Shown here: in pieces, positions 37,425 to 49,505 of the stretch | Layout of the letters: the number at the start of each line of letters is the position of its first letter | Numbering within the stretch: the stretch's first letter is position 1 | Assembly: GCF_018977255.1 (NCBI RefSeq) | Contig: NW_024704743.1 | Coordinates: forward strand, 39,620,001-39,684,000 | Direction of reading: 5' to 3' | Length of the DNA: 64,000 bases | Source of the DNA: Callorhinchus milii | Lineage: Eukaryota | Position numbers and translations under genes: made by a program | The notes under the pieces: generated by a model | What the model saw: only the letters and a program-made list of their open reading frames with translations | What the model was told of the DNA's origin: nothing | Database searches by the model: none

Positions 37425-37989
37425 GATTCTGGCACCTAACTCCGGATACCAGATAACTCGGATAAAATGCCTGGCCCCAATTCATTTGTATTCTTAACTA
37501 TTTTAAATATGCTGGTTAATTCAGACACCGATCCTGTTACTTCGGACAAAATGCCGCCATGTCTAGTCACTTGCCACGAGAGGCTCCAGGATGGAGATTG
37601 GAGGAGTCAACTTGTGATTGACTGACAGCAGCGCCAGTCATTCACAAGTGGTTCTGGGCTGTCAATCAGTGGGGGGGAGAGGAACAGGGAAGAAACAAGG
37701 GAGGAAATGGGTGGAGAGTTAAATTGCGATTGATTGACTGCTGAGCTGCTTGTGAATTGGTGGAGTGCCCATCCATTCACACGTGCCTGTAGGCTGTCAA
37801 TCACCTTGGAGCTGCCACTAATGGGTCCCCTTCCCGTCCAACGGGAATGGCAATGAGAAGGAGGCAGAAACGCCACTACTCCTTTCCTGGGTGGGAAGAG
37901 ACAAGAGAACTTCAGTTAGCCTTGGACGCCGCTTAAGCTGGACAAAATGGCCCGTCCCTGTGTGCCCGGTTTAACCAGCTTCCAGTGTA
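37425..37989. mobile_element. Probable Tigger/pogo-type non-autonomous DNA transposon remnant
   Basis: Subterminal repeats 'ggataaaatgcctggcccc', 'ggacaaaatgccg', 'ggacaaaatggcccgtccc'; right end 'ccggtttaaccagcttccagtg|ta' resembles a pogo-type end plus TA. The left end is degraded. Confidence 0.45.
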
Positions 37990-38142
37990 TCTGGAGGTGA
38001 ATGAGGCAACCAATTTGAGCACAACATTGTTCATGAAGTGCCATGAAGCTAATAACCAATTTTGGCCAGGACAACAGGCGAAACTTTTCAAAAAGAAATC
38101 TTTGACATCTTCCTGAACAGACAGCACGTGGTTTAGCCCACA

Positions 38143-38420
38143 TTGGGCAAGTTTTCTTACTCCATCGCCTCTGTTTACCTAGCAGTAAGTAGGAACCCAG
38201 TTGTTAGTCGATTGGCGAATCGCTTTTCCGGCGGAAATAAATCCACATAAAAAAAATTGGTCACTGAAACCACGACTGTTTGTGGAACACCATTGTGCAC
38301 AATTGGCTGCCACTTTTTGCCCACAAAATAGACAGTCAAGTCACTTTACAATATATTCTGTAAAGCGCTTTGTTGCATGATGTGGCCCTGCATCAAATTT
38401 AAGGATTATTATTATTATTA
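38143..38420 (+). mobile_element. tRNA-Ala SINE, long subfamily, headless
   Basis: 'ttgggcaagttttcttactcca..gcctctgtttacctagcagtaagtaggaacccagttgttagtcgattgg' through to the tail. Confidence 0.9.
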
Positions 38421-38472
38421 GGTGACATACTCTTTGTCATGAATTTATGATGGTCTGTCTTATTTCATATCT

Positions 38473-38633
38473 AATAATAAAAATAATAATCCTTGGATTT
38501 GATATAGCGCCTTATTTCATTATTGAAATGCCTCAAAGCTCTTCACAGAATATATTGTAAAGTGGATTGACTGTGTATTTTTCTGGATGAAATGCGGCAG
38601 CTGATTGCGCACAGCAGTGTCCCACAGACAGTC
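38473..38633 (-). mobile_element. SINE 3' fragment, tail-to-tail with 38143-38420
   Basis: Reverse complement of the SINE body and tail. Confidence 0.85.
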
Positions 38634-40029
38634 TTATGCTCTCAGTAGCCCATTTCAGCTGCATCCAGCTTCACGTCTTCCAAGCTTATTCTATGGCTGC
38701 ACTGATTACAAAGGAAGTTTGATGGGTAAGTGACATGATCTGCTCTTGTCGAAAATTCTTGAGAGAAAGATTCGGCTGTAAAATCTACATTACTTTGTAT
38801 CACGTGAAGCAGCTTTAAATGTCCTGATGTGAAAAGCGCTGCATCAAATGTAAAGATTATTCTTATTAATTATTTCTGTGTACTTTCAAACTCAGCATAC
38901 AGCGCACTGAAATTTAGATGCTATGAGGATCTGCAACCAACTTTTTAAAATTCATCCTTTATCCAATAATTTCAGGCAGTAAGTGAAGTAACAGAATTTT
39001 AACCAGGTACAGTTCAAGAAATCTGCCCTTTTATTGTATCTTGAACTTAATGATTTATGAAGGAAAATGATCTGTTTTGCAGTTTGAATGTACTATAAAA
39101 TGTTGCCTTGAGGCTTAAGAGCAGGGAACCATTTTAAATACTGTACTAAGCCTTCAGTAAACAAATAAGTCGAACTCTTTGAATTCCCAGAGAGGTTTCT
39201 TGAGTTGATCTGAATACCTGGTTTGATACACTTGTCTAATTCACATTGGAAGGCTTTCTGAAACTTGTTCTTACATGACCTGTGTGCACCAGCACTAACA
39301 CCTGCAGAAATGTAACCTTTCCTGAGGCGAGTGTAAATTGTCAGATCATTAATTCATTCAGCCCAACAAATGTCAACTTCTGCACAATGGCATTTTCTCT
39401 TTTTTTACTGCAGGATTTTAGTAACCGAACAGATTGGATCATTAAGACATTAATTTCAGTCAATTTAAATTCCCTGCAGCAGGCTGCAAGCTTCATATCA
39501 AGCAGCATTGGAGACTGCCAGATCTAATTGTTTTCTCTAGGAAACAGCAAGATGCAAAGCTACATACATATATTTTTATATGGTTTGTTATTCACGTCAT
39601 GGAGACGGCAGTTTGTTGCCATCAGTTGCTTCCACATTCTATGATAAAGCCTTCAAAATTAGCAAGATGCCAATGTAAATCCTCTGAGTTTGGAGACCAC
39701 TTAGACACTGGAGACATAAATAAGATTTTAAACAGCAGAAGGTTTGGTCAAGGTCAGGTCTGATTTAATTTTAAAAATGTCTTTGCTGTGTGATCCAGCT
39801 GCCAAAGGAAGACGCGGTATTATACTGGGAGAAGAAATGTATAATACATGTACAACATTTACTCATTCACTCTGTCTGATTATCATGGTGAATTGGTCTG
39901 GGTCTCTGGACCCAATAAATTTGTTGAATACAATTTTCTTCACCACTGTTTTGAAGCTATTTTTGTGGTCTCACGACTGCAAGACTATTTTCTAATTTAC
40001 TTAATTTACACCCGCATAATTCATCTTTG

Positions 40030-40452
40030 TGTTAGTGCAGCACTTTATGGAAATCAAATATTCACTTCTGTGTCAGAAGATTGTGGATTCAAGTATCACG
40101 TTGGGACTTGGAACTTACATAGTCTAAGCTGACATTCCAATGGGGATGTGTTGCATAGTCACTGGTGCCGTCCTTCGGATGAGACATTAAACCCAGGGCC
40201 TGTTCAGTTTGATGATAAAGATCCCATGGTGCTGTTTGAAAAGAGAAAGGAGTTTCTCCTGGTGTCCTAGCCAACAATCTCCTGATTATAAATTGGTCAT
40301 TAACATTTCATGGCTGTTTGTGGGACATTTACTGTGCACAATTGTGCTGAAACTACAAATACACAGTCACACCCTCTCACAGTAAATCCTATGAAACGCT
40401 TCAAGACATTCTTCCAAAATGATAAGGTACTATACCAAAAGCAAAGATTATT
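40030..40452 (+). mobile_element. Full-length DeuSINE (SacSINE1/AmnSINE1-like)
   Basis: 'tcagaagattgtggattcaag..agctgacattcca..ggtgccgtccttcggatgagacattaaacc..gatcccatgg..gtgtcctagccaac..gctgtttgtgggac' follows the Deu-domain consensus as I recall it; L2-type tail. Confidence 0.85.
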
Positions 40453-40602
40453 AGTTTTTTTTCTAAACATTACAGAGATATAAGAGTCAAATGAGAGCCA
40501 CATCTCCTAGCATATTTAAGTTGTGTGTCAGCCTGGCTCATTTGGTATCACTCTTGCCTCTGGATCCGAAGGTTGTGGGTTCTGCGAACTCAATATAGTT
40601 TA

Positions 40603-40820
40603 CGGTGGCCAACCTTTTTGGACGGCCAACCAAATAAATTTTCTTGATTGAATATTTTGTCATTGATGGCAACTCCATGGGCATCACTGCTTGGCAGTTA
40701 CTGAAAACAAGCCATTGATTGGGAATGGACTAGCCTGGACTAGTGTAAATGTTTGGCAGACCACTTCTTGATGCCCCGAGGGCCACCTCACACCTGCGGA
40801 CGGTGAATTGACCACCACTG
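40603..40820. mobile_element. hAT (Charlie-like) MITE remnant, about 220 bp
   Basis: Ends 'ggtggccaacc' and 'ttgaccaccactg' are imperfect inverted termini (CAGTGGTGG[C/T]CAA); 'gttta' flanks both sides; the host DeuSINE resumes afterwards. Confidence 0.55.
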
Positions 40821-41121
40821 TTTAAAGAGGACATTCAAATGCAGTACTGTATGTGTTTGTATGTGTGTCTGTGGGGGGGAGCTGCAGAATTGTTGCAGGT
40901 GCCATCCTTCAGATGAGACATTAAACTGAAATCCCATCTGCTTGTTCGGGTGGGCATTAAAGTTCCCATGGCATGATTCAAAAAAGAGAAGGACATTTCT
41001 CTTGAAACAATTCTCCCAGATAAAATTGGTCATTCATTTTCATGGCTACTTGTGAGAAATTGACTACCGTGTTTGCCTGCATAATATCCAGTCACTACAC
41101 TTTAGCATAAAATCCAGTGAA

Positions 41122-41170
41122 CAACAACAAGACTACATTTGTATAGCACCTTTCACATCAGGAGGACATC
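41122..41170 (-). mobile_element. 49-bp L2 terminus with an 8-bp TSD
   Basis: Reverse strand gatgtcctcctgatgtgaaaggtgctatacaaatgtagtcttgttgttg; TSD ccagtgaa at 41114-41121 and 41171-41178. Confidence 0.85.
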
Positions 41171-41280
41171 CCAGTGAAGTGTTTCCTCCTGATGTGAAAG
41201 ACACAATATCAAATGCAAGGATTATAATTTCATTATTATTATCCTCCAGAGGCAGGATTATCATTATCATTGTCATCATT

Positions 41281-41342
41281 CAGCGCCTTGGGACCTCCTC
41301 CTGACATGAAAGGCGCTATACAAATGTAATCTTGTTGTTATT
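41281..41342 (+). mobile_element. Isolated L2 3' terminus
   Basis: cagcgccttgggacctcctcctgacatgaaaggcgctatacaaatgtaatcttgttgtt. Confidence 0.85.
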
Positions 41343-42009
41343 ATTAATAATATTATCACCAATAACAACTAAAGCCATTTAATTCAAATAAAAGGAATCA
41401 TGCACAAACAGCATTCCAACAACCAACAACTATTCCAACTATTAACCACTGGCAATATAGTTGAAATTGCACTCGGTAGGATAATGGCAGCATAAATTGC
41501 ATGTCAGAAAAATCACCTTGGGACATAAAGTGTATCTGCTGCAGGAAACCCTCAAAACGTCATTCTAAACCACAAGAACTTAGCTCCACTGCAATCTGAG
41601 GTCTGACGGCCTTGTGAGATATACTTAGTATACATTGACTCCCCAAATTAAGTATTTTTAAATTAGATTTATAAGGAGTAATAATATTAATATTATTATT
41701 TTATTATATGTTGCTGTTTACCTGCAAACATTTTTAAACCACTGTATATAAATTCTGCATTAGTTTACAAATCTTTCTCAAGATATTTCTTAATGCTGTT
41801 CAAAAGTGTTTCAAACTTTTTGGGAAATTCTATGGTAGAAATTTCCTGCTGATAAATCTTTGAACAATATGTACTTGTAACTTTAAGAGGGAGTATTTTG
41901 AGAGCTTTTAAATTATAATAATCGTTGCATTTCCTCAATCATTACAAAAAAAGACTAAAAATTTCTGAGGCCCATTGCTTTGTGCATATATAAAAAAGTC
42001 ATTTGTCCA

Positions 42010-42130
42010 GTAATAATAATAACAATCCTTGCATTTGATATAGTGCTTTTCACGTCTTCTAGACGTTCCAAAGCGCTTCACAGAATATACTGTAAAGTGA
42101 ATTGACTGTATATTTGTGGGCGAACGCGGA
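42010..42130 (-). mobile_element. SINE 3' fragment
   Basis: Near-identical to the reverse complement of the SINE tail (loop variant GTCTAGAAGAC). Confidence 0.9.
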
Positions 42131-42325
42131 CTTAGGTTCATGTGTGTGTGTGTGTGTGGGAGGGAGGGAAGGTGGGGGAGAGGAGCATGTAGGGAGACAA
42201 GCATTTAGTGAGACAGGAGAGGGATACCTAACAAAACAGCCAGGGTTGTACTCACAAGAATTTTAAGTGACGTTTCAGTTTATCTGCAATTATAATTGGG
42301 ATTGGAAAATTCAAAAACATCAAGC

Positions 42326-42374
42326 TGTGTGTGTGTGTGCTTGTGTGTGTGTATGTGTGTGTGTGTGTGTGTGT
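42326..42374. repeat. (TG)n microsatellite; a shorter one lies at 42141-42158
   Basis: Imperfect TG run seen directly. Confidence 0.95.
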
Positions 42375-43494
42375 TAGGTAGGGGGTGGGTGGGGGGGAAG
42401 GAGGAGAAGTACCAGGAATTCAAGTTGATTTCTGACAATTATTTTTATCATTCAATAAAATCATCAAAATTCAATAATAATCAACACAACAATTGTAGTT
42501 ACACTTTATGGATCTAAATATTATTGAAAAATCTTTTCAATGGAAAAGAAGCATATGTGATTCAGTTCATATAAATCACAATGGAATCAAAAGCTCAGAT
42601 ATACCTAATGTAATATTTTTGATGCACCATTTCTCCAGTTGATTGGTAATGTTCTCCTTAAATTTTAATCAATACACCTTCATGTCTGGTTCCCAGTGAT
42701 GGTAAGTAGACAGACAGACCAACACTATTCAAAACATTAAATATGGCTGATTTTTGGGAAGGGATTATAGAATGTCTTTAAAGCAGAAAAGAAAGAAGAA
42801 ATCATATCCAATTTGGGACGCTATGAGGCAAATGTGTATTCTACTTATTTGGGCCACTTTGATGCAATATTATTCACTCTGAAAATAAAGAATTACCCTT
42901 GCAATCAAGGCATGTTAATTGAAATTGTGAGCCCAATCTATTTTGCTCTCATTGTTAGCCAAGCACCACAACAAATCATTGTGTTGTAATAGAATTACTC
43001 CAGAAAAGCCTTCACTCATTTTGAAAGTAAAACTTCAATGTGATCTTTGTGTATATAATCTACATTACCTCACTTCTTGCTTTGTATGAATTCAGACAGT
43101 GAATTGATGCATTTCAATTGTAAACTAGGTCCTTCGTCTGTTATACCATGACCTCTGATAACAACAGACATTCAGAACTCCTGCATTAATAGGGAAACAC
43201 ATATTTCATTCAAAGTTGCTTTTGTAGAGCTCTCAAGGTCATATACTGTATTGATATCCAAGGTAGCTCCTCATGACTGAGCTACTGAACAACACTATAT
43301 GTAAAAAATATTTTGTACTGTTAATAGCTGGATCTTTTTAAAAAGACTAAAATTTACATTAACAAAGACATTTGTTTTTTGCAACTGCATAAAATTCTGT
43401 GACATTTGTGACATTTCATAACATCACATTGAATCGTTCAAAATTTTTTGCAAATTTTTCCTCTAATAAAAAAATAAAACAATTCTCAAAATTA

Positions 43495-43792
43495 AATAAT
43501 AATCATTGCATTTGATATAGCACCTTATCATGTCTTTGAGACGTCTCAAAGCACTTCACAAGATATACTGTAAAGTGAATTAACTGTATATTTTGTGGGA
43601 GAAACATTGCAGCCATTAGGTACAGCAATGTCATGAATTGAGTGACCAAATTATTATTATTTTTTAAGGGATTATTACTGCCGGAAAAGTGATCCGCCAA
43701 ATGACTAACAATCGGGTTCCTACTTACTGCTAGGTAAATCGAGGTGTGTGGAGTAAGTAAACTTGCCCAGCATTTTGCCCTGCCTGGGAATT
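43495..43792 (-). mobile_element. tRNA-Ala SINE, long subfamily, head truncated
   Basis: Reverse strand 'ttcccaggcagggcaaaatgctgggcaag..tttacctagcagtaagtaggaaccc' through to the tail. Confidence 0.88.
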
Positions 43793-44451
43793 TAAATTAC
43801 AATTAATGATTCGGGAAAAAAGCATTCAGAATCAGTGCTATGGATTTGTCAGGAATTGGAGAATATGGCTGGTGAAGAGGAGTTCTTTGCACTGAAAAAA
43901 AAATCCTAGACTCATGTGGATTATAAATACTAGGATGGATTAGTTGGGACAAATGGACTGTTTCCATGTCTGTGTAAATCTATGTAAATTTATGTATATG
44001 TGAAAGGGACATGGTTCTTTTGAATAATTGTGGACAACCGACTTCCAATTGAGACTAAATACAAACATTTTCCATTGTACTACTGAGTCTCCAATTTTAA
44101 GACAAAATGGTCTTTTGGGTAATACCATGTGGATATTCATGCCTTTTTTCTTGTTAAGCTAGAATTGCTCTTCACTTTACTTTCATTTGTTTTGTTCTTT
44201 GTATTTTGAAATTTGTCTGTTTTCTCCCTAATCTCACATTTCTTCTGACTTTCCCTCATCCACACAACCTTTCCCCACTCCCCTGAGCATTGAATTGTAA
44301 TAAATATATTAAAACAAGCATATCTCTGTAAATATACAGAAACAATATTATACAATAACACACCCCTGCTCTGGGCATCCAAAATTCATACCTAGCCAGA
44401 CCTTCCCTCCATTGGTTGAGCCAGCCGAGGTTTTAGTGGATGTACATTATT

Positions 44452-44672
44452 TGCCCTGTCTCTGGAACTCTATCCCAGAGTCTCTCCAACTTGCTCTTTC
44501 CCTCCGCTCATTGAAGGCCTGTCTGAAAACATACTTCCTTGACGGCACTTTCGGTCATCCTTCCGTTCCCCACCTTTCTCGGCTCCCAGTCCCAGCTTGG
44601 GTACCCATAAAATATCGTCAAGTGCTTTGAGACATCCTCCTGACCTGAACGGAGGTATATAATTGTAAATCA
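44452..44672 (+). mobile_element. Degenerate L2 3' fragment
   Basis: LWNSIPESLQLA.SL.S.KACLKTYFLD, then 'gagacatcctcctgacctgaacggagg'. Confidence 0.8.
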
Positions 44673-46344
44673 TATTGTACAATTTGCTCTTATGCAAAAT
44701 GCAGTGATTATTATTCTAATGATTAGAATGATTGAATATCTTCATACCTCACTGATGTAAGTATTATAACCAAGGCCTTACTATACAAATTGCGAGAGGA
44801 ACCTGATACTCAGACAACTGAAATGATTGCAGTTATGCAGCTTCATGTTTTAAAATGTGACTTTATTAAACAAAATGAGCAAAGGAAGATGTGACAGCTA
44901 GAAATTACAGTAATTAGCTTCATTGAGCAAAATAGACAGGCACAAACTTGACAATACATTACAGAGCAGGGGTTGTATACAGATAACTTGATTCCGATTC
45001 TATTCTCACTTTAATTACCATAATTTTGTTCCATCACTCAAATGTACTGAAAAAAATGACAAGACTATTTTAATTTAAGAATTTGAAAATTACTATTTTA
45101 ATATAACTGATCATATGTGTTTGCTGGAAAAATTTATAAACATTGGCTTAGAGCATTTTGCAAAGAGAAAAACATATCAGGCAGGTGAGAACTTCTAATT
45201 GATGCTTTAACCTCCTTCAAAATTACAATCATCTGCAATAAAAAAAGGTTTGGTCATTTAATCAGTGATTTGTGTATTCATATGATACATTTCTGATATT
45301 GGATGATTGAGACAAGAGTAAAGGATACTTCAGCAAAAGGAAGACATTAACTTAATTGAATGGTTTCAAGAGAGGTAAGAAAATATTGCTTCCAATATGT
45401 GGTCTGCTAGACGAAAGCTCATGTCTGGATTTTAGCCAGATTCGATTGCAAAGTGAACAGTATGGCTGAAGGAAAGATAAATGCTGAATTGCAGAATCGA
45501 CCCAAACTGATGGGATGTGCATGCTCCACGTGGATGGGTTTTGGTAATTTCACTCCATCACAACACTGGCATTAGTTTTAGCAGGAACTAGAATATTATT
45601 CAGCAAACCTGAATAGAGAGACTAAAACTGAGAGTCTGGACAATTGAAATGCCACAGCATTACTGTGCAATGCTGAGCAGAGCTGCATAGCTCCACTGAG
45701 GGCTGTGCCCCACCCGACCTAGAAGTGATTGATGCTGACATTAAGTGCAGAGTCGGGGAAAAAAATCTCCTTCCTAGCATGACCATATCTCAGATTTAAC
45801 AGCAGTCACATAACAAAAAAATGCATTAAAGTTATTGTGGAGTATAATGAAAGTTGTAGTGAAGAGAAGAGCATGCAGCATTTTAATTCCTCTGTTTTTC
45901 TTTTCAAAGATACAAACTGTGAGGGACTTTGCAAATCTGATAGTTTTTGGTAGATCATCTTTTTATCACCTAGTTGTTCTCCATCATGTCAATTTGCCTG
46001 TGAGCATTTTAATTTTGCTGAGAGATCATTTAAACACAAAGGCACTGATATCTCTTTAGATGGTAATTTTATTTTCCTTTTAGCAAGCTTGATGAATAGT
46101 GAACATCTATGAGACTGGATCAGACCTCCGACTGTGTTTCAATATCATGTTTGGCACTTTTGTACTTGGTTTATTTAAAAAATAATCTGCTTCTTATTGA
46201 CACATTTTTAGAGAATCCAGAGAAAAAAGACTATGTTAACAACAACAACTTGCATTTATATAACACCCTTCACGCAGCGTAGCGTCCCAGAGTGCTGTTA
46301 AGTATAAATATTTAAACCATTCCAATTATCTGAAGTGATGCATA

Positions 46345-46620
46345 GGCCCTGAGAGTGGAAAAATTAGCCAGGGTTTCCGCTCTTAATCATGCTATGGCCG
46401 GTGATGGGAAATTCATGTGGATGCACATCAGGTGGAGGAAATCGAATTAAGTGTGGTTTCTGAAGCCCTCCATGGTTGAATAATCTACCAGATGCCACTA
46501 TCCAGGCAAACACAGGAAAAATTGATATTTGGACATGTGCTGAGGTACTGAAGCATTATCAGCACCTATAAAACAGTAGCCAAGCATGAGTGAGGATCTT
46601 CAAGAGGAGGGCAGGAAGGA
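46345..46620 (+). mobile_element. Probable ancient SINE-like repeat body
   Basis: 'ggaaaaattagccagggtttccgctc..gccctccatggttgaata..gaggtactg..agcatgagt..cttcaagaggaggg' resembles a repeat I recall from shark genomes; no second copy is confirmed in this window. Confidence 0.4.
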
Positions 46621-47410
46621 TTATACTATTGTATTGGATGCTTTCTTTTATAATTGTCCTAGTTGTTCAGTGTCATGAATAGGTCCCCTCTTGTAATGCA
46701 GTAACTGTGAGAAAATGTTTTAAGCAATTCTTTTACTTCAGCAAATGGTTGGACAAAATTGAATGGATATTATACGGAATATAATGTATTCTATTACAAT
46801 GCTCAAGATGGCAGTGCTGTAAAATCTAATGTTATGCTATTTCGTGTAGCTTATTTATTCCAAATTATTTCTCACACAATGATGATACCAACATTTAGCA
46901 CTTTCATGTATTTACAATTGAGCTTTATAGCAGCGTTTCTTTTAACCATATTCCACAGCAAAGAAGGATGATGGGCATAAATCTTCAGTCACAGAACACT
47001 AAGCACAGCAATTTAAAAATACTCAACCACATGCTGATTTCTGTGTGTGGAAATTAATAGCAATTTGACAAGGAACCAGATGTACTCTCAAGCAATCCTG
47101 GGCTGATTGCTGATGACAAATTTCCATGTAATGGTCAATACACTTAGAAGATGTTTGACATTTTGAAATTGGTGTACGAACAATAACTGACATGAATTTA
47201 ACTTTGGTAGAACAAAAAATGTTTAAATTAACCTAGCAGGGATACTTGATAACATTTGGAATTTTGATCCACATTGACTGATATTCATAGAATAGGATGT
47301 AGTTTTGTAAATCTTGATGTGTATTTTGTGCATTTTGTAGGTGAAATTGGCAGCCAATTTGTATGCAACAATGTCCCACAAACAGCTATGGAGCAAGTTA
47401 ACAATTTTCG

Positions 47411-47825
47411 ATCCCATGGCACTATTCAAAAAGAAAAGGGAATTTCTCCCAGTGTCCTAGCCAACAATCACAATCCTCCAGATAAAATTGGTCATTCAGG
47501 GCTGTATGTAAGACACTGATGTGTGCAAATTGGCTGTTGTGTGCCAAAACAACAACAACTTGCACTTATATAGCACGCAGGGTAGCTCTCAGAGAGCTTA
47601 ACGGTGGTCCGGGTCAGTATGCGGGTGGCAGAGTTCTGAATGAGCTGGATCTTTTGAATAGTGGAGCTGGGGAGACCGGCGAGTAATCCAGGTGGAAGGT
47701 GACAAACACATGCATGAGGGTTTCGGCTGCATACGCAGTCACCACAGATTACAGTAAAATACTGTCAAGGGCTTTGAGACGTCCTCCTGACATAAAAGAC
47801 AATATATCAAATGGAAAGATTTTTC
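47411..47825 (+). mobile_element. DeuSINE 3' half split by an L2 family-B insertion
   Basis: 'gatcccatggcactattc..gtgtcctagccaac..aattggctg', then after 47735 'cagtcacc..gctttgagacgtcctcctgaca'. Confidence 0.75.
47548..47735 (-). mobile_element. L2 family-B fragment with internal deletions
   Basis: Reverse strand AAETLMHVFVT, ..QLIQNSATRILT, then 'gttaagctctctgagagctaccctgcgtgctatataagtgcaagttgttg'. Confidence 0.85.
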
Positions 47826-48667
47826 TTTTAAAATGTCAGAAAAAAGGCTTACAAATATTTTTTTCGAACTTTGGGATTATCCCATGAAGCGGTATTGAAA
47901 TGCCAGTTCTAGGGTCAGCAAAGGATTTCACTGTTTATTTTACTGGAATGAATATAGACACCAAATATATATGTAAATATAAGATACTAAATTACTCTTG
48001 GTTCTGAATTATGACTGTTTGATCAGGAGTCTGACCAGTTGAATTCTCACACCTCTTCTCTTTGACCTTGTCCCTTGAGAAACTCTGTAGAAACTTTTTT
48101 TAGGAAATCGGATAAGTGGTGCCCAAGTCCGTGATGGAGAGAATTTTACATTGGTCTGTCAAACAAATTGGATATACTGTTTAATTCCCTGTGCTGCTTT
48201 CAACTGAAAATGAAATCCTAGAACCTCCATGTAAAAAGTAATACTATTGCAAATTTAATGCATTTAGAGGTCGGACGAGGATTGCCATCCAGCCTAATAT
48301 CCTAGATTGATGGTCTTGAAGTCCCCTCTACACTGACTAAAGTAGTTCTGTATTAAATGAAATAGGTGGAAGAAGAGGGTAAAAATGAAGTGAAAAATAG
48401 TTACAATTTCTGATGTGTGATCTGTTAATTAACACTGATGTAGCGGATTCACACATTATCAGGGAAAAAGAGAATCTGTCAATGTGTTTCTTAATATTTC
48501 TATGCTTCACTTTGATTTCCCAGAATAGGCAAAATTCCTGTGTTGACCCCAGAGCTGGCATTTCAATAACGCTTCGTGGGATAGCAATTGATTAAACCAG
48601 TAAGGTGGCACTGAAATGCCACGCAATAAGGTTAGGAATTTTATTTGGTCAGCTGGGTATCTAACAC

Positions 48668-48795
48668 ATAATAATAATAATAATAATAATAACAATAATA
48701 ATAATAACAACAATAATAATAATCCTTGCATTTGATATAGCGCTTTTCATGTTTTATAGACGTCTCTCAAAGCACTTCACAGAATATACTGTAAA
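48668..48795 (-). mobile_element. SINE tail with expanded (ATT)n
   Basis: About 55 bp of (AAT/AAC)n followed by the reverse complement of the SINE tail. Confidence 0.85.
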
Positions 48796-48799
48796 TATA

Positions 48800-49115
48800 C
48801 ATTACCATGCTTAAGAGTATCCAAAACAAACTGAATGTTCTCTGCATCCTAACTATACGTGAGATTTCCTGGGTATTGGAATAGAACGTATACTCTTTCC
48901 CCGGAAGGACACATCTTATTTGCCTAATTCTGGAGAGTGCTAGACAGGGGCTTGCAAGAGCCAAGGCTTGGGGGGGGCGGGGGGTGTAGTGAATTATTGC
49001 AGCAGTTTAACCAGCTAAATTCACCTAACTTGGCATTGAAGTGTTTCCCTGCTTGTCCAGCTAGCACCACCCTCCCTGTTAGTGATTTGGCTTGCAGGGT
49101 TGACAGGAACTGAGT
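48800..49115 (+). repeat. Family X dispersed repeat copy
   Basis: 'aagagtatccaaaacaaactga..gcatcc..cttgtccagctagcaccaccct..ttggcttgcagggttgacaggaactgag' aligns with 14025-14190 and 15060-15125. Confidence 0.75.
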
Positions 49116-49394
49116 TCGAGGAATTCCTGCCCAGTCCACAATTGAGGAAAAAAACCAATGGCAGTGCTGGTAACCTTTGTGCTGAAAGGTCAGGCAATGG
49201 AGGTGTTTGGGGTTGGGGGGGGAACAAATCGCAAAATGTAATGTTTAATAAGACATTCTTTAATTCACTCAATAATAACATATCTATTATGAAACATTGT
49301 ATTTTGTGCATCGAGAAGAGAAATCTAACTAAAACAATGTATATCAGGCAAAGTTGAATTTAAGCATGTTTGTGTGTTTAAAGAGACATTTATA

Positions 49395-49505
49395 CAACAA
49401 CAAATTATATTTGTATAGCACCGTTCACGTCAGGAGGAAGTCCCAAGGCACTTGACAGTCAGGGATTTGTACCTGGAGTTTGGGATCAGGAGGGCAGGGA
49501 GGGTA
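49395..49505 (-). mobile_element. L2 3' tail fragment
   Basis: Reverse strand 'gtgccttgggacttcctcctgacgtgaacggtgctatacaaatataatttgttgttg'. Confidence 0.8.

Larger units (their letters stand above)
40525..41230 (+). mobile_element. DeuSINE interrupted by a hAT-like MITE and a 49-bp L2 tail
   Basis: Head at 40525-40600, Deu domain at 40825-41060, tail at 41171-41225. Confidence 0.8.

Noticed and set aside
48507..48731. Poly-Leu ORF resembling a signal peptide
   Set aside because: It is the translation of the SINE's (ATT/GTT)n tail.
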